A DNA stretch of 51,759 nt from positions 1 to 51,759 of IMG/VR virus record IMGVR_UViG_3300020045_006775; one strand, written 5' to 3'. The notes below the pieces were generated by a model. That model was not told the origin of the DNA and ran no database searches. It worked only from the letters and a program-made list of their open reading frames with translations. Shown here piece after piece: positions 27,506-37,641 of this stretch. Origin of the DNA: a virus. Taxonomy: Duplodnaviria > Caudoviricetes. The number at the start of each line of letters is the position of its first letter. Position 1 is the first letter of the stretch. Both the position numbers and the translations under genes were made by a program.

Positions 27506-30500
27506 TCGTGACGTAACGCTCGTAGTCCGGGCAAAAGACCAAGCCAGCAAGGAGCTGGGTAATGTCAACAGCGCCCTGAAAAAGCTGGCAGAGGCTCAAA
27601 CCGCCGCTGCCGCTAGTTCGGGGTCCGCCGCTGGGACAATGGGCAAACTTGCGGCTGAGTCTAAAAAGCTCGCCGCTGAAGTTGAGGGGCTCGCATCCCT
27701 GCAAAAGGTGGCCGGTCAAATCGACAAAGCCGCCGCCGCTGTAACTCGCCTTGAGGCTGGTGTTGCGAAATCACGCGAAGAACTCCAGCGGCTATCTGGC
27801 ACACAAGCTGACGCGGCATCAAAGGTCGCGCAGCTTACCACAACTGCAGGGCAGGCTACCGCCGCGCTCAATGCTCAGAAAGCCGCTGTTGCCGCTGCAA
27901 AGCTGGAGCAGAAAGCCGCTGGTGAGGAAGTAGCGAAAGCCTCTGAGCGTTACCGCACGTTGATGGCGGCTGTGAAGGCCGCGAAAAACCCGTCTGATGA
28001 GCTGAAGCAAAGTCTTAGGGATCAGCGTGACGCGCTTGTTGCACTGACGATCAAACAGGAACAGTCTGTTGCGGCTACTCAAACCGCTGTTGCCCAGCAA
28101 AAAGCGCTGGCTACTGCCGCGACAGCACTCGGATCAAGCCTTAAAACTGCACGTGACGCTGAAGCCGGGCTTACGTCTGATGTTGACAAAGCCGCTGGCG
28201 CATTGGCCCGGCAAAAGGCTGACCTGGCAGGATCGACGGCGAACCTGGGTACGATGCAGGCCGGGGCTAATGCCGCTGCTGCCGGGTTGCGTCAAACCAC
28301 AATGGCGGAAAACGAACTCGCCGCCGCTGCAAAGAAAGCCGCTGAAGACCTTGCCCGCGTGAACGCGGCTTTGGCTCGCCAATCCCAGCCCAGCGCCCCA
28401 GGTGCCCGCCCCATCACCAATGGTGGGCCTGCTATTGGAACAGCCCCGGCATCCCCATCCTCCCCTTCTGCCGACTCTGCAAACGCATACCGCGCCCAGG
28501 TCAAGGCGATTAGCGACACTGGAGCGGCATACGCTGCTGCCCGTGCTGAGGCGTCACGTCTCGGGGCTGAAATGGCCCGCACGGCTGCGCCAACCCGCGA
28601 ACTGGAAACCTCATTCCAACTTGCCAAGGCCGCATCCGCTGCAGCAAAGGCCGAATGGCTCGCCGCTGGTCAAGCACTAAGCAACACCCGCAACGCCATG
28701 TTGGCAGCGGCAGAAGCTGCCCGGAAAAAGGCTGAAGCGGATCGTGTCGCCGCCGCTGCCGCCGCTGCAGAAGCTGCTGCCGTTGCTGAGGCTAAGGCGA
28801 AAAAGCTGGCAGAGGCCGAAGCCTCAAAAGCCGCTGCAGAAGCCAAAAGGGCGGAAGCGAAAGCCCGCAAAGAAGCTGCCGCCGCATTACGGGCTGAGGA
28901 AGCCGGTCGCCGGGCAACCCTTGATGTTGGTCAGCGCATGATCAGCCAAGTCCGGGCGATGGTTACGGCCTACGTTGGTCTGGGGCAGGCTATTGCCCAA
29001 ATCGGGAAGGTTATTGCCGCCTACCAACAAATCGAAGCTGCCCAATCCCGGATTAATGTCGCCACTGGTGCGGATTCTGGTAAGACCGCGCAAGAGTTGG
29101 ATTTTATTCGACGTAATGCTGACCGGCTTGGTATTTCCTACGGCACACTCGCCAGTGAGTACGGTAAATTTCTAATCGCTACCAAGGGCACCAACCTTGA
29201 GGGTGCAAAGTCCAGGCAGTTATTTATTGCGATTTCTGAGGCTGGCCGGGTAAATAAGCTGACGACTGAACAAATGACCGGGGCATACCTGGCATTTACT
29301 CAGATGATCAGTAAATCCAAAATTATGAGTGAAGAGCTGAAAGGGCAGCTCGCGGAGCGACTTCCGGGCGCGATGAGATTATTTGCTGATGCGATTGGGA
29401 TTAGCGTCAGCGAACTGGAAAAGCAACTCCAGAAGGGGTTATCTGCTGACGTTCTGGATAAAGTTGCTGTCCAGTTGCAGAAAACCTACGGCCCAGCGTT
29501 GGCCGCGTCTTTGCTTACAACGACTACGGCGATGGGCCAGTTTGAAAACGCCGTTCTGCAGAGCCGCGTGGCGTTTGCTGAGGGTGGGTTTATTGAACCA
29601 TTCACTCAAGCCCTGCGCTCAATGACGGAATACCTGAATAGCCCAGAGGGTGTTCAGGGTATGGTCAGCTTGGGCAAGGCCGCTGGTGGTGTCGTGACGG
29701 CATTGGTGGCTGTTGCTGAACAGTTCAGGTACATCGCAGTTGCGGCTTCCACTTTTGCAGGTATGAAAATCGGGGTATATATTACCCAGGCATTTGTTGC
29801 AGTTCGGACTGCCATAATCGCCGCTGCAGCAACTTTGGCCACGTTCGGTGCCGCCGCTCAGGGCGCAGCTGTCGCTGTCAGCGCTATGACCGGGGGATTA
29901 TCAATCGTACTCGGATTGGCTGCAGCAGGGTTGGCATATTGGGCAACATCGACTGACGACGCCACAAAAGCAATGGTCGAACATAAGCAGATCGTTGACC
30001 AAGTTAAAAATGCATACGACGCAGCCGGTGGTAAAACAGAAGAGTTTAAGAAAGCAATTTCAGGAATCACAACTGGAGACGTTGAAGCCAATTTAACTGA
30101 ACTCAGGAAAGTTGCCGTCGAAAAGTTTTCTGACATGAGCGAGGCGGCGTCCACTTTTAAGGGGAAGCTTGATAAACTCGCCCAGAGAAACCCTGCACTT
30201 ACTGGAAATATAAATGACCTGAAAGCATCTGCTGACGAATTGCAGGCGGGCTCGCTTAGCGTAGAACAATTCCGGGTTCGCGTCGATAATGCCGCACGGG
30301 CGATGGGTAACCCTGCCATCCGCAAGTGGGGTAATGAGGTTGCTGCCGCCGCAAAGGAAAGCAACGGGGCATCAAAGTCAGTCGGCGAAATGAAGCTGGT
30401 GCTTGATGCTGTCAGCGGGTCTGCGGACGTTGCTGCAACAGCCCTTGCAAAACTAAATGGCACTGTTGGGGACAATGGGGCGAAGTTTAAAGAGTCTGCC

Positions 30501-32522
30501 GCTGCTGCCGAAAAGTATGCCAAGGCGATTGACGACATCAAAAGCAATGTCCCTGCGCTGAAGGCTGAATCAGACCGTGATAAAAAGCTCAGGGAGCTTG
30601 AAGACACGGCCAAGCAGCTTGAGATTGACGCAAAAGTTGGTGGTAAGCCGTTCGGCGAAGCTGAAAAGAAGCTGATCGAACAAGCCAAACAGGCCGTGCT
30701 TGACCAGTACAGCGCAACCCAGATTACCAATCTGCCGGGTGTAACCCCCGGTTACTACAGCCGCGTTATTCAAAATGAAAGCGGCGGGAACACATCTGCT
30801 AAAGCCCCTGGGAAAGGCATGACAGCTTCCGGGCTGGCAGGGTTCACGGATGGCACGTGGCTGGGGTTGTTTGACAGGGTTTTCCCAGACCTGGCTAACT
30901 TGGAAAAGGCCGCGAAGCTTGCCCTCAAGTCAAACGCGGAATCGTCCAAGAAAATGCTGGAAAGGCTGACCAAGGAGAATGAGAGCGACATAATCCGCTA
31001 CGGTAATGGTGTGCCTGTCAACGATACATCACTTTACGCGATGCATCATTTTGGTGGCGGTCGCGATGGTGGCGGGCTGAAACTCTTACGGGCAGACCCG
31101 AATACCCAGGTTAGCGGGCTACTTTCCGACGCGGCAATAAAGGGTAATAAGGGTGTAATTTCATCTGGGGAAATGACTGCTGGCCAGCTCATCGCAAAAC
31201 TCGCAAAAATGATGGGTGGGGCAGGCGGTCAAGGTGGTGTTTCCACTGTTCAATCGGGCGATCTGACTGACAACGGTAGAACGACTGAGGAAAACGACGC
31301 CAACGCCAAGGCGAAACAGCGCGAAAAAGAAAAGCAGGATTACCAGGAAAAATTTGATCTGCAAAAGCAGACCTGGGCAGCTGAAGAAGAAACCCTAACT
31401 GCCAAGACCCTCGAAACCCGTGTTGCATTTGAAGTCGAGAAAGAGCGGCTGAAGCAGCAGGCTATCGGGTTGACGATGAGCAAGGAAGACCTGGAGGTTG
31501 TTCGCCAGCATGCTGAATTGTCACTGAAGAAAAAATATGACGACGCTGCTGCTGCTGCTGCAACTGCCGCTGCCGCTGAAGTGACGAAAAAACAGAACGC
31601 GATGAATAAAGATTTGTCGCATCTGAAAGACTTGCGGGGTGACCTTAACGCCCTCAAGGAAATCGCTCAGAACAACGGTGATATGGCTGGCGTAGCTGAA
31701 ATTGACGGCAAACTTGTTGCGCTTGATGCTCGGTTCAAAGAGGTTATCGCCACTGCCCGCGAATACTGGAAAGCTGTCGGCGGGGATGAGGCCGATAAGC
31801 GTCTGGCAGAATTGGATTTGGTCGATGCCTCACTTGCAAAGCAGAAAAACAAGTTTGACGACAAAGCCTCCGAAATCAATTCGTCATTTATGTCGTCGGT
31901 TTCGGGCGCGTTTAATACACTGGCAGAATCCCTGGCCAATGGCGAAAACGCTCTTGAGTCATTCGGTAATTTCTTCAGAAAAATCGCTTCCGATTTCTTG
32001 ATGCAAATTGCCCAGATGATCCTGAAACAGGCTCTGCTGAATGCTATGACGGCGGCTTTCGGCGCACCTAATCCAAACGGATCGGGTAGCCTTGGGGGTA
32101 TCATCATGTCTGCAGTTGGGGGTGCCCTTGGTGGCGGCTCCGGCACAACTGCCGTGTTGCACGACGGTGGTATTGCTGGGTCAGCTGGTGGTGTTAGCCG
32201 GGGTGGCGTAAGCAACAGCATTTTTGCAAGTGCAAGACGGTTCCACTCAGGGGGTTTGCCCGGCTTAGACAGCACTGAAGTCCCTGCAATCCTGCAAAAA
32301 GGGGAAGAGGTTCTTACCAGGAATGATCCCCGCAATATCCTGAACGGCGGCGGCGCTGGTGGGATGGGCGGCGGCGCTTCTCCCGCAAATGTTAAGATCG
32401 TGAATACGTTCGATGCGGGTAGTTTCGTGTCCGAGGGCTTGAACAGCGCTGTCGGCGAACAGTCGTTCCTCAATTTTGTCCGGGCGAATTCAGGTAGTGT
32501 GCGCTCAGCGCTTGGTGTTTAA
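27495..32522 (+). CDS. Tape measure protein with lytic transglycosylase-like domain
   Basis: 1675 aa, Ala-rich helical; tape-measure core 'SEELKGQLAERLPGA'; SLT-like 'IQNESGG...ASGLAGFT..TW...YAMH'; C-terminal 'FHSGG...EVPAILQKGEEVL'. Confidence 0.95.
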   Translation: MANNRDVTLVVRAKDQASKELGNVNSALKKLAEAQTAAAASSGSAAGTMGKLAAESKKLAAEVEGLASLQKVAGQIDKAAAAVTRLEAGVAKSREELQRLSGTQADAASKVAQLTTTAGQATAALNAQKAAVAAAKLEQKAAGEEVAKASERYRTLMAAVKAAKNPSDELKQSLRDQRDALVALTIKQEQSVAATQTAVAQQKALATAATALGSSLKTARDAEAGLTSDVDKAAGALARQKADLAGSTANLGTMQAGANAAAAGLRQTTMAENELAAAAKKAAEDLARVNAALARQSQPSAPGARPITNGGPAIGTAPASPSSPSADSANAYRAQVKAISDTGAAYAAARAEASRLGAEMARTAAPTRELETSFQLAKAASAAAKAEWLAAGQALSNTRNAMLAAAEAARKKAEADRVAAAAAAAEAAAVAEAKAKKLAEAEASKAAAEAKRAEAKARKEAAAALRAEEAGRRATLDVGQRMISQVRAMVTAYVGLGQAIAQIGKVIAAYQQIEAAQSRINVATGADSGKTAQELDFIRRNADRLGISYGTLASEYGKFLIATKGTNLEGAKSRQLFIAISEAGRVNKLTTEQMTGAYLAFTQMISKSKIMSEELKGQLAERLPGAMRLFADAIGISVSELEKQLQKGLSADVLDKVAVQLQKTYGPALAASLLTTTTAMGQFENAVLQSRVAFAEGGFIEPFTQALRSMTEYLNSPEGVQGMVSLGKAAGGVVTALVAVAEQFRYIAVAASTFAGMKIGVYITQAFVAVRTAIIAAAATLATFGAAAQGAAVAVSAMTGGLSIVLGLAAAGLAYWATSTDDATKAMVEHKQIVDQVKNAYDAAGGKTEEFKKAISGITTGDVEANLTELRKVAVEKFSDMSEAASTFKGKLDKLAQRNPALTGNINDLKASADELQAGSLSVEQFRVRVDNAARAMGNPAIRKWGNEVAAAAKESNGASKSVGEMKLVLDAVSGSADVAATALAKLNGTVGDNGAKFKESAAAAEKYAKAIDDIKSNVPALKAESDRDKKLRELEDTAKQLEIDAKVGGKPFGEAEKKLIEQAKQAVLDQYSATQITNLPGVTPGYYSRVIQNESGGNTSAKAPGKGMTASGLAGFTDGTWLGLFDRVFPDLANLEKAAKLALKSNAESSKKMLERLTKENESDIIRYGNGVPVNDTSLYAMHHFGGGRDGGGLKLLRADPNTQVSGLLSDAAIKGNKGVISSGEMTAGQLIAKLAKMMGGAGGQGGVSTVQSGDLTDNGRTTEENDANAKAKQREKEKQDYQEKFDLQKQTWAAEEETLTAKTLETRVAFEVEKERLKQQAIGLTMSKEDLEVVRQHAELSLKKKYDDAAAAAATAAAAEVTKKQNAMNKDLSHLKDLRGDLNALKEIAQNNGDMAGVAEIDGKLVALDARFKEVIATAREYWKAVGGDEADKRLAELDLVDASLAKQKNKFDDKASEINSSFMSSVSGAFNTLAESLANGENALESFGNFFRKIASDFLMQIAQMILKQALLNAMTAAFGAPNPNGSGSLGGIIMSAVGGALGGGSGTTAVLHDGGIAGSAGGVSRGGVSNSIFASARRFHSGGLPGLDSTEVPAILQKGEEVLTRNDPRNILNGGGAGGMGGGASPANVKIVNTFDAGSFVSEGLNSAVGEQSFLNFVRANSGSVRSALGV

Positions 32523-32531
32523 AAGGTTTAT

Positions 32532-33605
32532 ATGGCTTATCTAACTGGAACGGCGACGAATGCCGCCGATCTTTGGACGAAATTACTGGCATTCCTGACC
32601 ACGAATACCGCACTTGTGGCGGCAGGTCAGGCTTGGCAGACGGTTTGGACGGCACCCGGTGGTGCCCCCAATTCGACTGACGTGATGCTCAAAGGGCCGG
32701 GGCTGGCGGGCGGCGATGCGGTTTATGTGGGACTGCGCAGGACTGATAACACTCTGACGCTGAACGAAAGCCTCATTTGGCTGTCCGGTGCCACGGGTTA
32801 CAGCTCATCTGCAACCCAGTTTAACGGGCACGTGAATAGCCTCGGCAACACCCCGGCGATGTTTATCGACAACGCGGCTATGACGTACTGGTTTGTCGCT
32901 AACGGTCGCAGGTTCGTTGTCGTGACGAAAATGTCAACCGTGTATAACGCCATGTACGCGGGGCTCTATCACCCGTATGCCGTGCCTTCTGAATATCCAT
33001 ATCCGTTGTTTATCGGAGGATCGCGTGGGTTCAGTGCGCTAGGCGGCTCATTCCCGGTTCCGACTACATGGCGGGCGGCTCAGAGCCTGCAGTATTCGGC
33101 ATTCCCCTATGCGCAGGGTAATTATTTCTCAGCCTCAAGCTGGTCAGACACGCAGGCGCTGTTCCTCGCACCAGATGCAACCTGGATGGGGGTCACATCA
33201 AGCGCAAGCCCGAGTTTTGCTGCCGGTATCATGCCAACCGCGTATCTCGCGCCACGGGCTGTTCCGGGGGCGATGGGATCAACGGTGATCGGTGATACCA
33301 ACGTGCTTGTTCCAGAAGTCGGAAATTCGGCGAATGGCCCGAATTTCGGCACTCAAACTGTACTCGGGCGCACGATTCCCGGACTGGACAGCGAATACCC
33401 GCTCACGAATTTGACGATCATGGGCTGGACAGCTGGCACATCACTGAATCCTGTAACATACGGGGCGCTAGATGGTGTTTACGGGGCGTCGGTTGTCGGC
33501 GCATCTGCTGAGACTGTCGTAACAATCGGCGGCGTCAACCACATGATTTTCCAGAATATCCAACGCACTTCCAGCACCGATTATTGGGCATTAGCCCTGG
33601 AGTAA
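32532..33605 (+). CDS. Virion structural (tail) protein
   Basis: 'MAYLTGTA', 'YWFVANGRRF', 'EYPYPLFIGG', 'GALDGVY'; follows the tape measure. Confidence 0.75.
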   Translation: MAYLTGTATNAADLWTKLLAFLTTNTALVAAGQAWQTVWTAPGGAPNSTDVMLKGPGLAGGDAVYVGLRRTDNTLTLNESLIWLSGATGYSSSATQFNGHVNSLGNTPAMFIDNAAMTYWFVANGRRFVVVTKMSTVYNAMYAGLYHPYAVPSEYPYPLFIGGSRGFSALGGSFPVPTTWRAAQSLQYSAFPYAQGNYFSASSWSDTQALFLAPDATWMGVTSSASPSFAAGIMPTAYLAPRAVPGAMGSTVIGDTNVLVPEVGNSANGPNFGTQTVLGRTIPGLDSEYPLTNLTIMGWTAGTSLNPVTYGALDGVYGASVVGASAETVVTIGGVNHMIFQNIQRTSSTDYWALALE

Positions 33606-33609
33606 CACT

Positions 33610-34617
33610 GTGTCATATCAAGTTTCTACGATTACCGCGATTGCGGAAATTCCAGCATTGTTTGCTGCATTTGCCCTGGCGAACGGGTTCACTGTCAACA
33701 ACACCGTAACGACTGCCCCCACTGTCAAGCACCCCACTCAATCCGACGCCGAAGCATTTAAGCTCACCACGGGCATTTCGGGGCTGAACCATGACGTAAC
33801 CCTGTCGTCTGTGAGCGCCGTTGCAACGTCAACTGCAATCACCCGATCCCCGATCCTTAGATCAAGTGGGACTGTTGACGCGGTTGTATTGCCGACAAAG
33901 CTACATCTCATTGGTGGGCAACTGCCAAAACCGTTTATCGCTGGTGTGATCGAGTACGGTTACAACCTGTATCGTCATTTTTATTACGGCTATGCTGAGC
34001 AGCTTTCGACATACGGCGGTGGCGAAATAATTACGGGAAGTCTGCAGGGCACATCAACGACCTACACGTCCTACCCGATGCATTTCAATAACGCGGCCCA
34101 GCGGGCATTCCCATTCGGGGCATTGTGTCTTCACGCTGCCCCAGGTTTTAACGGTGGTATGAGATTGGTGCATGCTCAAAACGCCGTCACGTGGCGCACG
34201 TTCAAGCATAACCGCACGATGACAGCCGGTAATATCGACACCACGTTTGCAACTGACGGCGCTAATATCGTGCTTGGCGGGCTTGGTGATTCTGTGAATT
34301 CGGGCTTCCCGCTTGCCGGAAAATCAGCATTCTCGGGTGCAAATATCCTGTCCCCGATCAATCTGTATATCGGAAAACGGGTTTCGTCTGTCCAGTATTT
34401 TCAGGCCATTGGTCGGCCATCCGGGGTGCGCCTGGTCAACATGGAAGACCTTGAACCAGGGGCTCAGATAACAATCGGCTCTAGTGTTTGGCGAGTATTC
34501 CCGATCTTTGCAAAAAACTCGGACATGTATCTGCGCACAATTGCCACTTCCGGCAATGCGTATCCGACCTATAACACTAGCTGGTTTTACGGCCATGCTT
34601 ATCTGGTAACTCCATAA
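33610..34617 (+). CDS. Virion structural (tail) protein
   Basis: 'YRHFYYG', 'VNM..LEPG..ITIG...WRVFP'; synteny. Confidence 0.7.
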   Translation: MSYQVSTITAIAEIPALFAAFALANGFTVNNTVTTAPTVKHPTQSDAEAFKLTTGISGLNHDVTLSSVSAVATSTAITRSPILRSSGTVDAVVLPTKLHLIGGQLPKPFIAGVIEYGYNLYRHFYYGYAEQLSTYGGGEIITGSLQGTSTTYTSYPMHFNNAAQRAFPFGALCLHAAPGFNGGMRLVHAQNAVTWRTFKHNRTMTAGNIDTTFATDGANIVLGGLGDSVNSGFPLAGKSAFSGANILSPINLYIGKRVSSVQYFQAIGRPSGVRLVNMEDLEPGAQITIGSSVWRVFPIFAKNSDMYLRTIATSGNAYPTYNTSWFYGHAYLVTP

Positions 34618-36350
34618 TGCCAACCGGCGTAATTCTCCAAGGGTACGAACCCGTATGGTTCGCGTTGCCGGAACTCGGATCGTCCAGCCCCAATGGTATT
34701 GCTGCACACGCAACGCGGGGGCTATACGAACCCGGCACGTCGATTGTTGCAGGATCATACGTCGATAACCGTCCGACCGCCGTGGCGGGGGCTGTGAATG
34801 TCGGGGGGGCCATTGTCCCAGGGTTCAAAGAGGATTTCTACAACCGCATTTACGTGATTCCAACGACCATTGATCTTGGGGCTGTGAGCGGCGCGGTTGT
34901 CAGGGGTGTGACAATCTGGAACGCCCATTTGCGCTATAACGCTAATCTTGTCGGCGTGACTGTCGGCAATGCGAGTGGGACATATTTATCGTCCGGTGCA
35001 ACGACAAACGTATTCAAGCCGCTCAGGCTGGAAACTTACGCGATTACGGCAAATGCCGATGGCCCGCCCACGATTGACGCCCTATACAGCTTTAACTTCA
35101 GCGTTAACAGCGTGTACTCAAGCTATGGGGTTACCGTGACCGGGAATCGGGCGAAATCATTGCCGTTCCAGCCAAACTGGAGTGCTGGCTACAAAATCAA
35201 CTATGACTATGCCACTGAAATTATCACATCTAGGTCTGGCCGTGAGCAGAGGATTGCCCAGCGGATTACCCCCCGGAAATCCATCGAATTCAAAATCATG
35301 GCAACGGGCGGCGAGGCAACGCGCTTTCGTCAAATCCTGCAATCCTGGCAACATCGCCCGTTCGTTTTGCCCGAAGTTACGCGCCGTATTGATACGACAG
35401 CCCCGGTCTTGGCTGGCGCAACATCAATAGTTATCCCGGCTGCAGTCGAGTGGATCAGGCCGAAACAACCCGTGTTGGTCGGTGTGAATCAAGACATAAA
35501 CGAAGTTGTTTCAGTAACGCCAACGGGTGTTGGTACGACGCAAACCGTTGTTCTGAAAACGGCTGTCACGTTCGCTTACCCCGATGGTCTGAGCATCTGG
35601 TACGCGGTTTCCGGCTATTTCCAAGCCGCGCAAAATGTCCAGATGCACACCAGTGCAACCCTGGAAGCCTCAATTAAATTCGGCGTTACCGTGGCATCCG
35701 AGGATTACCTATCGCCCGGTGAAGCGCCAACCATGTTCAACGGGCGTGAGGTTTTCACGAAAACGCCAAACTGGTCTTCGCCGATTGACAGCGTATTCAA
35801 CAGGAATGTTGAAGAACTGGATTACGCCCGTGGGATAACAACCCGGTTCAATCCCCAGGTTTTCGGCACTGAAACCAAACAGCTGACATTCTTAGCCCGA
35901 ACCTCAGAAGAAGCCGACGAAGCGCGCCGTTTCTACGACCGCCAACGCGGTCGGCAGGGTGAGTTTTACATGTCAACCGGCCTACCCGATATTGTGCTGC
36001 AAAGTGCCACGGTACAGGCGTCCTATGGATTACGGATTGCCGGGCGTGAGTTTTTCGACACCTACACCGACAGCACGGTTTTCAAAGCTGTCTGCATTCG
36101 CCTGGTCACGGGTGAGACGATTTACAATAAGGTTTTGTCGGTTGATCTGGTTGTCGGCGATACTGGTTTTGACTCACTGATCACGTGCGAAGAAATGTTT
36201 TTCGTAAACATTGAGCCGGAAAACGTGATTATGATTTCGTGGATGCCAGTATGCAGGCTAGGCTCTGACAGCATGACCATTGAATACCTTACCCGGACTG
36301 TTGCACAGTTCCAACTTTCTATCCAAACTCTTGAGGACTGGCCTGTATGA
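34617..36350 (+). CDS. Distal-tail-like structural protein
   Basis: 'DFYNRI', 'PNW......Y...T.II.SRSG.EQR....PR', 'RGRQGEF'. Confidence 0.75.
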   Translation: MPTGVILQGYEPVWFALPELGSSSPNGIAAHATRGLYEPGTSIVAGSYVDNRPTAVAGAVNVGGAIVPGFKEDFYNRIYVIPTTIDLGAVSGAVVRGVTIWNAHLRYNANLVGVTVGNASGTYLSSGATTNVFKPLRLETYAITANADGPPTIDALYSFNFSVNSVYSSYGVTVTGNRAKSLPFQPNWSAGYKINYDYATEIITSRSGREQRIAQRITPRKSIEFKIMATGGEATRFRQILQSWQHRPFVLPEVTRRIDTTAPVLAGATSIVIPAAVEWIRPKQPVLVGVNQDINEVVSVTPTGVGTTQTVVLKTAVTFAYPDGLSIWYAVSGYFQAAQNVQMHTSATLEASIKFGVTVASEDYLSPGEAPTMFNGREVFTKTPNWSSPIDSVFNRNVEELDYARGITTRFNPQVFGTETKQLTFLARTSEEADEARRFYDRQRGRQGEFYMSTGLPDIVLQSATVQASYGLRIAGREFFDTYTDSTVFKAVCIRLVTGETIYNKVLSVDLVVGDTGFDSLITCEEMFFVNIEPENVIMISWMPVCRLGSDSMTIEYLTRTVAQFQLSIQTLEDWPV

Positions 36351-37177
36351 CATTTTCGTTTTTTGAAACAAGCATGGCGAAAGGTCTTCCGCTTAACCTA
36401 TATTTTTTCAAGACTGGCACGGGTGCTGCAGATTATCTGGCGTACACGGATGGCGAGCGCGAAATCACGGTTGCCGGGATTACCTACACGCCCCAGCAGA
36501 TTGCCCGTGGAAAAATTGCGTCATCCGGCTCACTTGATAAAGCCAACCTCGATATTCGCATGCCTCGGACAAACCCGCTGGTTGAACTGTTCCGGGTCTA
36601 TCCACCGAACTACGTTGTGACGCTGGTTGTGAGCCAAGGGCATTACGGTGATCCCGATAATCAGTTTATGGCGATCTGGTCTGGCCGGATTCTGACGTTC
36701 GACATCCAGGTCAACGAAGCCGCATTCGGTTGTGAGCCGGTTGGAACGTCGATCAAGCGCCCAGGTCTTCGCCGCAATTACCAATATGGCTGTCCGCATG
36801 CCCTGTACGGCGATCAGTGCCGGGCTACGAAAACCGCTCATCCCGCTACTGTCTTAGCAATAGACAATGCCGTAATCACAGTGCCCGAGGGGTGGTTTGG
36901 CGGTGTTCCAGCTGCAAAATATCTGAGCGGGCTAGTCGAGTGGTCACCGCCATCCGGCCCAGGAGCAGCACGTACAATCCTGCGAATTGACGGCAACATG
37001 ATCAGCATAGCCGGGTCAACCGTTGGGCTGTTTGTGGGTGCCAGCATCAACCTGTTTCCGGGGTGCAATCACCAGATTCAGGACTGTGAGACAATCCACA
37101 ACAACATCCTAAACTTTGGCGGGTGCCCTTGGATTCCAATTCAGAATCCCGTGGGATCGGCCAATCAATACTATTGA
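36347..37177 (+). CDS. DUF2163/BR0599-type tail hub protein
   Basis: 'YQYGCPHALYG.QC', 'PGCNH....C....NN..NFGG.PWIP..NP'. Confidence 0.85.
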   Translation: MTFSFFETSMAKGLPLNLYFFKTGTGAADYLAYTDGEREITVAGITYTPQQIARGKIASSGSLDKANLDIRMPRTNPLVELFRVYPPNYVVTLVVSQGHYGDPDNQFMAIWSGRILTFDIQVNEAAFGCEPVGTSIKRPGLRRNYQYGCPHALYGDQCRATKTAHPATVLAIDNAVITVPEGWFGGVPAAKYLSGLVEWSPPSGPGAARTILRIDGNMISIAGSTVGLFVGASINLFPGCNHQIQDCETIHNNILNFGGCPWIPIQNPVGSANQYY

Positions 37178-37186
37178 GCGTGAAAA

Positions 37187-37417
37187 ATGCCCGTTTGGCT
37201 AATACAATTTGCAATCGCGCTGGCAATGGCTGTCCTCAGCTACCTGCTTGCGCCAAAACCCAAACAGCCCAAACCCGAGGCTGCAAAAGACCTGGAAAAT
37301 CCGACTGCTGAAGCCGGGTTACCGATCCCCGTTGTGTTCGGGACTGTCACGCTTAAATCCCCGAACTGCCTATGGTACGGGCAAAAAAGCATCAACGAAT
37401 ATAAGGTTGAAGAATGA
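37187..37417 (+). CDS. Small tail assembly protein
   Basis: 'PTAEAG.PIPVVFGT.....PN..WYG'. Confidence 0.8.
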   Translation: MPVWLIQFAIALAMAVLSYLLAPKPKQPKPEAAKDLENPTAEAGLPIPVVFGTVTLKSPNCLWYGQKSINEYKVEE

Positions 37418-37641
37418 TCATTACTGCCGACGATGTTTTCAAAGCTGGTCACTGCATAATCCCAGGGCTGAGGGATTGGTGCGCCACCAATGACTTGAAT
37501 TTCAGAACATTCATTCGAGAGGGTTGCCCGGTTGATGTGTTTTTGTCCACTGGCGATGCACTGGCAGAACGTGTTGTCAGATTGAAAATTGAGCGCGAAG
37601 GCTTGAATACTGTAACCGGAACGGAACCCGATAATGTCTAA
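37414..37641 (+). CDS. Small tail assembly protein
   Basis: 'C..G.R.W....L....F...G......TGDALA'. Confidence 0.75.
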   Translation: MIITADDVFKAGHCIIPGLRDWCATNDLNFRTFIREGCPVDVFLSTGDALAERVVRLKIEREGLNTVTGTEPDNV

